From: Haliotis cracherodii
Lineage: Eukaryota
Assembly (NCBI RefSeq): GCF_022045235.1
Contig: NW_027266308.1
Location: 39,122,001 to 39,186,000 of the forward strand
Direction of reading: 5' to 3'
Length of the DNA stretch: 64,000 bases
Made by a program: the position numbers and the translations under genes. Position 1 is the stretch's first letter. Each line of letters opens with the position of its first letter. The notes below the pieces were generated by a model. It was not told the origin of the DNA and ran no database searches. It saw only the letters and a program-made list of their open reading frames with translations. Shown here piece by piece: positions 63,127 through 64,000 of the stretch.

Positions 63127-63630
63127 CAATCTCATTAAAATCAGATCTTAGTTCTCGCTATCGCTGAACAAAGATCTGAGGACATCCCATTAGGTGTCAC
63201 GTCAGAACGACTTTTCATCCGACCAATCAGAGCGTCTCTTACCAGATCATGAAAGTGACGGACGGAATGTGTTTTCTAATCATGCAACCTCGGAAAATTT
63301 AACAGGGGGTATTCCAAACGACAGTTACGGGTTTTATAATTTATATCCATACAATCTAGGAAATCTATAAGCCATTCCTGAATGTTCTTTTTATAAGTTT
63401 TATTTTTGAGAATAGGTCAAAATATGTTTCGAAGCGTAAACGCCATTTTGAAACTTGTGCCGTAAAGCTCGAAAAAGCTACCTTCTGATTGGCTAATATC
63501 AATTTCTTGTCAGTCATTTCATTGGTCGGTCGAAGTTCGCGAAAGGTCGTTCTGACGTGACCCGAAATGGCATGTCCTCAGATCTTTGTTTAGCAGTAGC
63601 AAAAACTAAGATCTGATTTTAATGAGATTG
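63127..63630. mobile_element. Mutator(MULE)-like non-autonomous element, second copy
   Basis: Same long TIRs as 45125; perfect 9-bp TSD CCCAAAGCA. Confidence 0.9.
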
Positions 63631-64000
63631 CCCAAAGCATCATGTCGTAGCAGTATGACACGCTGATCCTAGGAGTCGGACATGTCTGATCGATACTCAG
63701 GCGTGGAAAGATATTACAAAACAAATCATCCATGCTTATTAATTGCCTATGGTAATAAGCAATGTGGATGAACTGGCCAACTGGATTGCCTAAGCAACTT
63801 CCAGTCTTGTTGAACAATCAAAACATCTGTACAGTGACCCAGGGCACCTGCTAAATAACAATGATGATAATAATGAGTATATTTTTGAAATGTGATAGAT
63901 TCCACGAACCTGTATGCTCAAAGTGCTATACCATTATTACCCCAGTCAATGGATCAGTGTGCTCTGGAAAGTCACTCTCAACTCCCTGGGGAACATACAA

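Noticed and set aside
58900-64000. Possible gene at the window end
   Set aside because: No convincing exon chain or recognisable protein; may be intergenic or a long 3' UTR of a gene outside the window

Overview
Eukaryotic (animal) genomic DNA with spliceosomal introns, SINEs, MITEs, Tc1 and L1/Tx1 remnants and satellites. The repeat landscape suggests a mollusc, possibly a gastropod such as abalone (inference, not verified). (1) 1-26.1 kb is a cluster of three complete, nearly identical M4-family zinc metalloprotease genes (two on +, one inverted), plus the 3' flank of a probable fourth copy at the window start. The protein is collinear with gammaproteobacterial pseudolysin (LasB)/vibriolysin, including propeptide, HExxH core and a degenerate PPC-like tail. 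Each copy has a TATA box, a non-coding first exon and a mini-exon supplying the start of the signal peptide, plus an inserted Thr/Pro/Glu-rich linker. This looks like a bacterial-type protease domesticated and amplified in an animal. The copies are separated by a 37-bp CACGTG-containing satellite with higher-order structure. (2) 30.8-40.1 kb is a 10-exon type-I membrane protein: C-type-lectin-like domain split by a WSC domain, second CTL-like domain, S/T stalk, TM helix and tyrosine-motif-rich tail. (3) An uncharacterised large coding exon lies on the minus strand at 42.5-43.6 kb. (4) A 12-exon TRMT6 gene spans 47.1-56.8 kb; its last intron carries a minisatellite of 14 extra copies of its own 3' splice site. 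All coordinates were read by eye and no searches were run.
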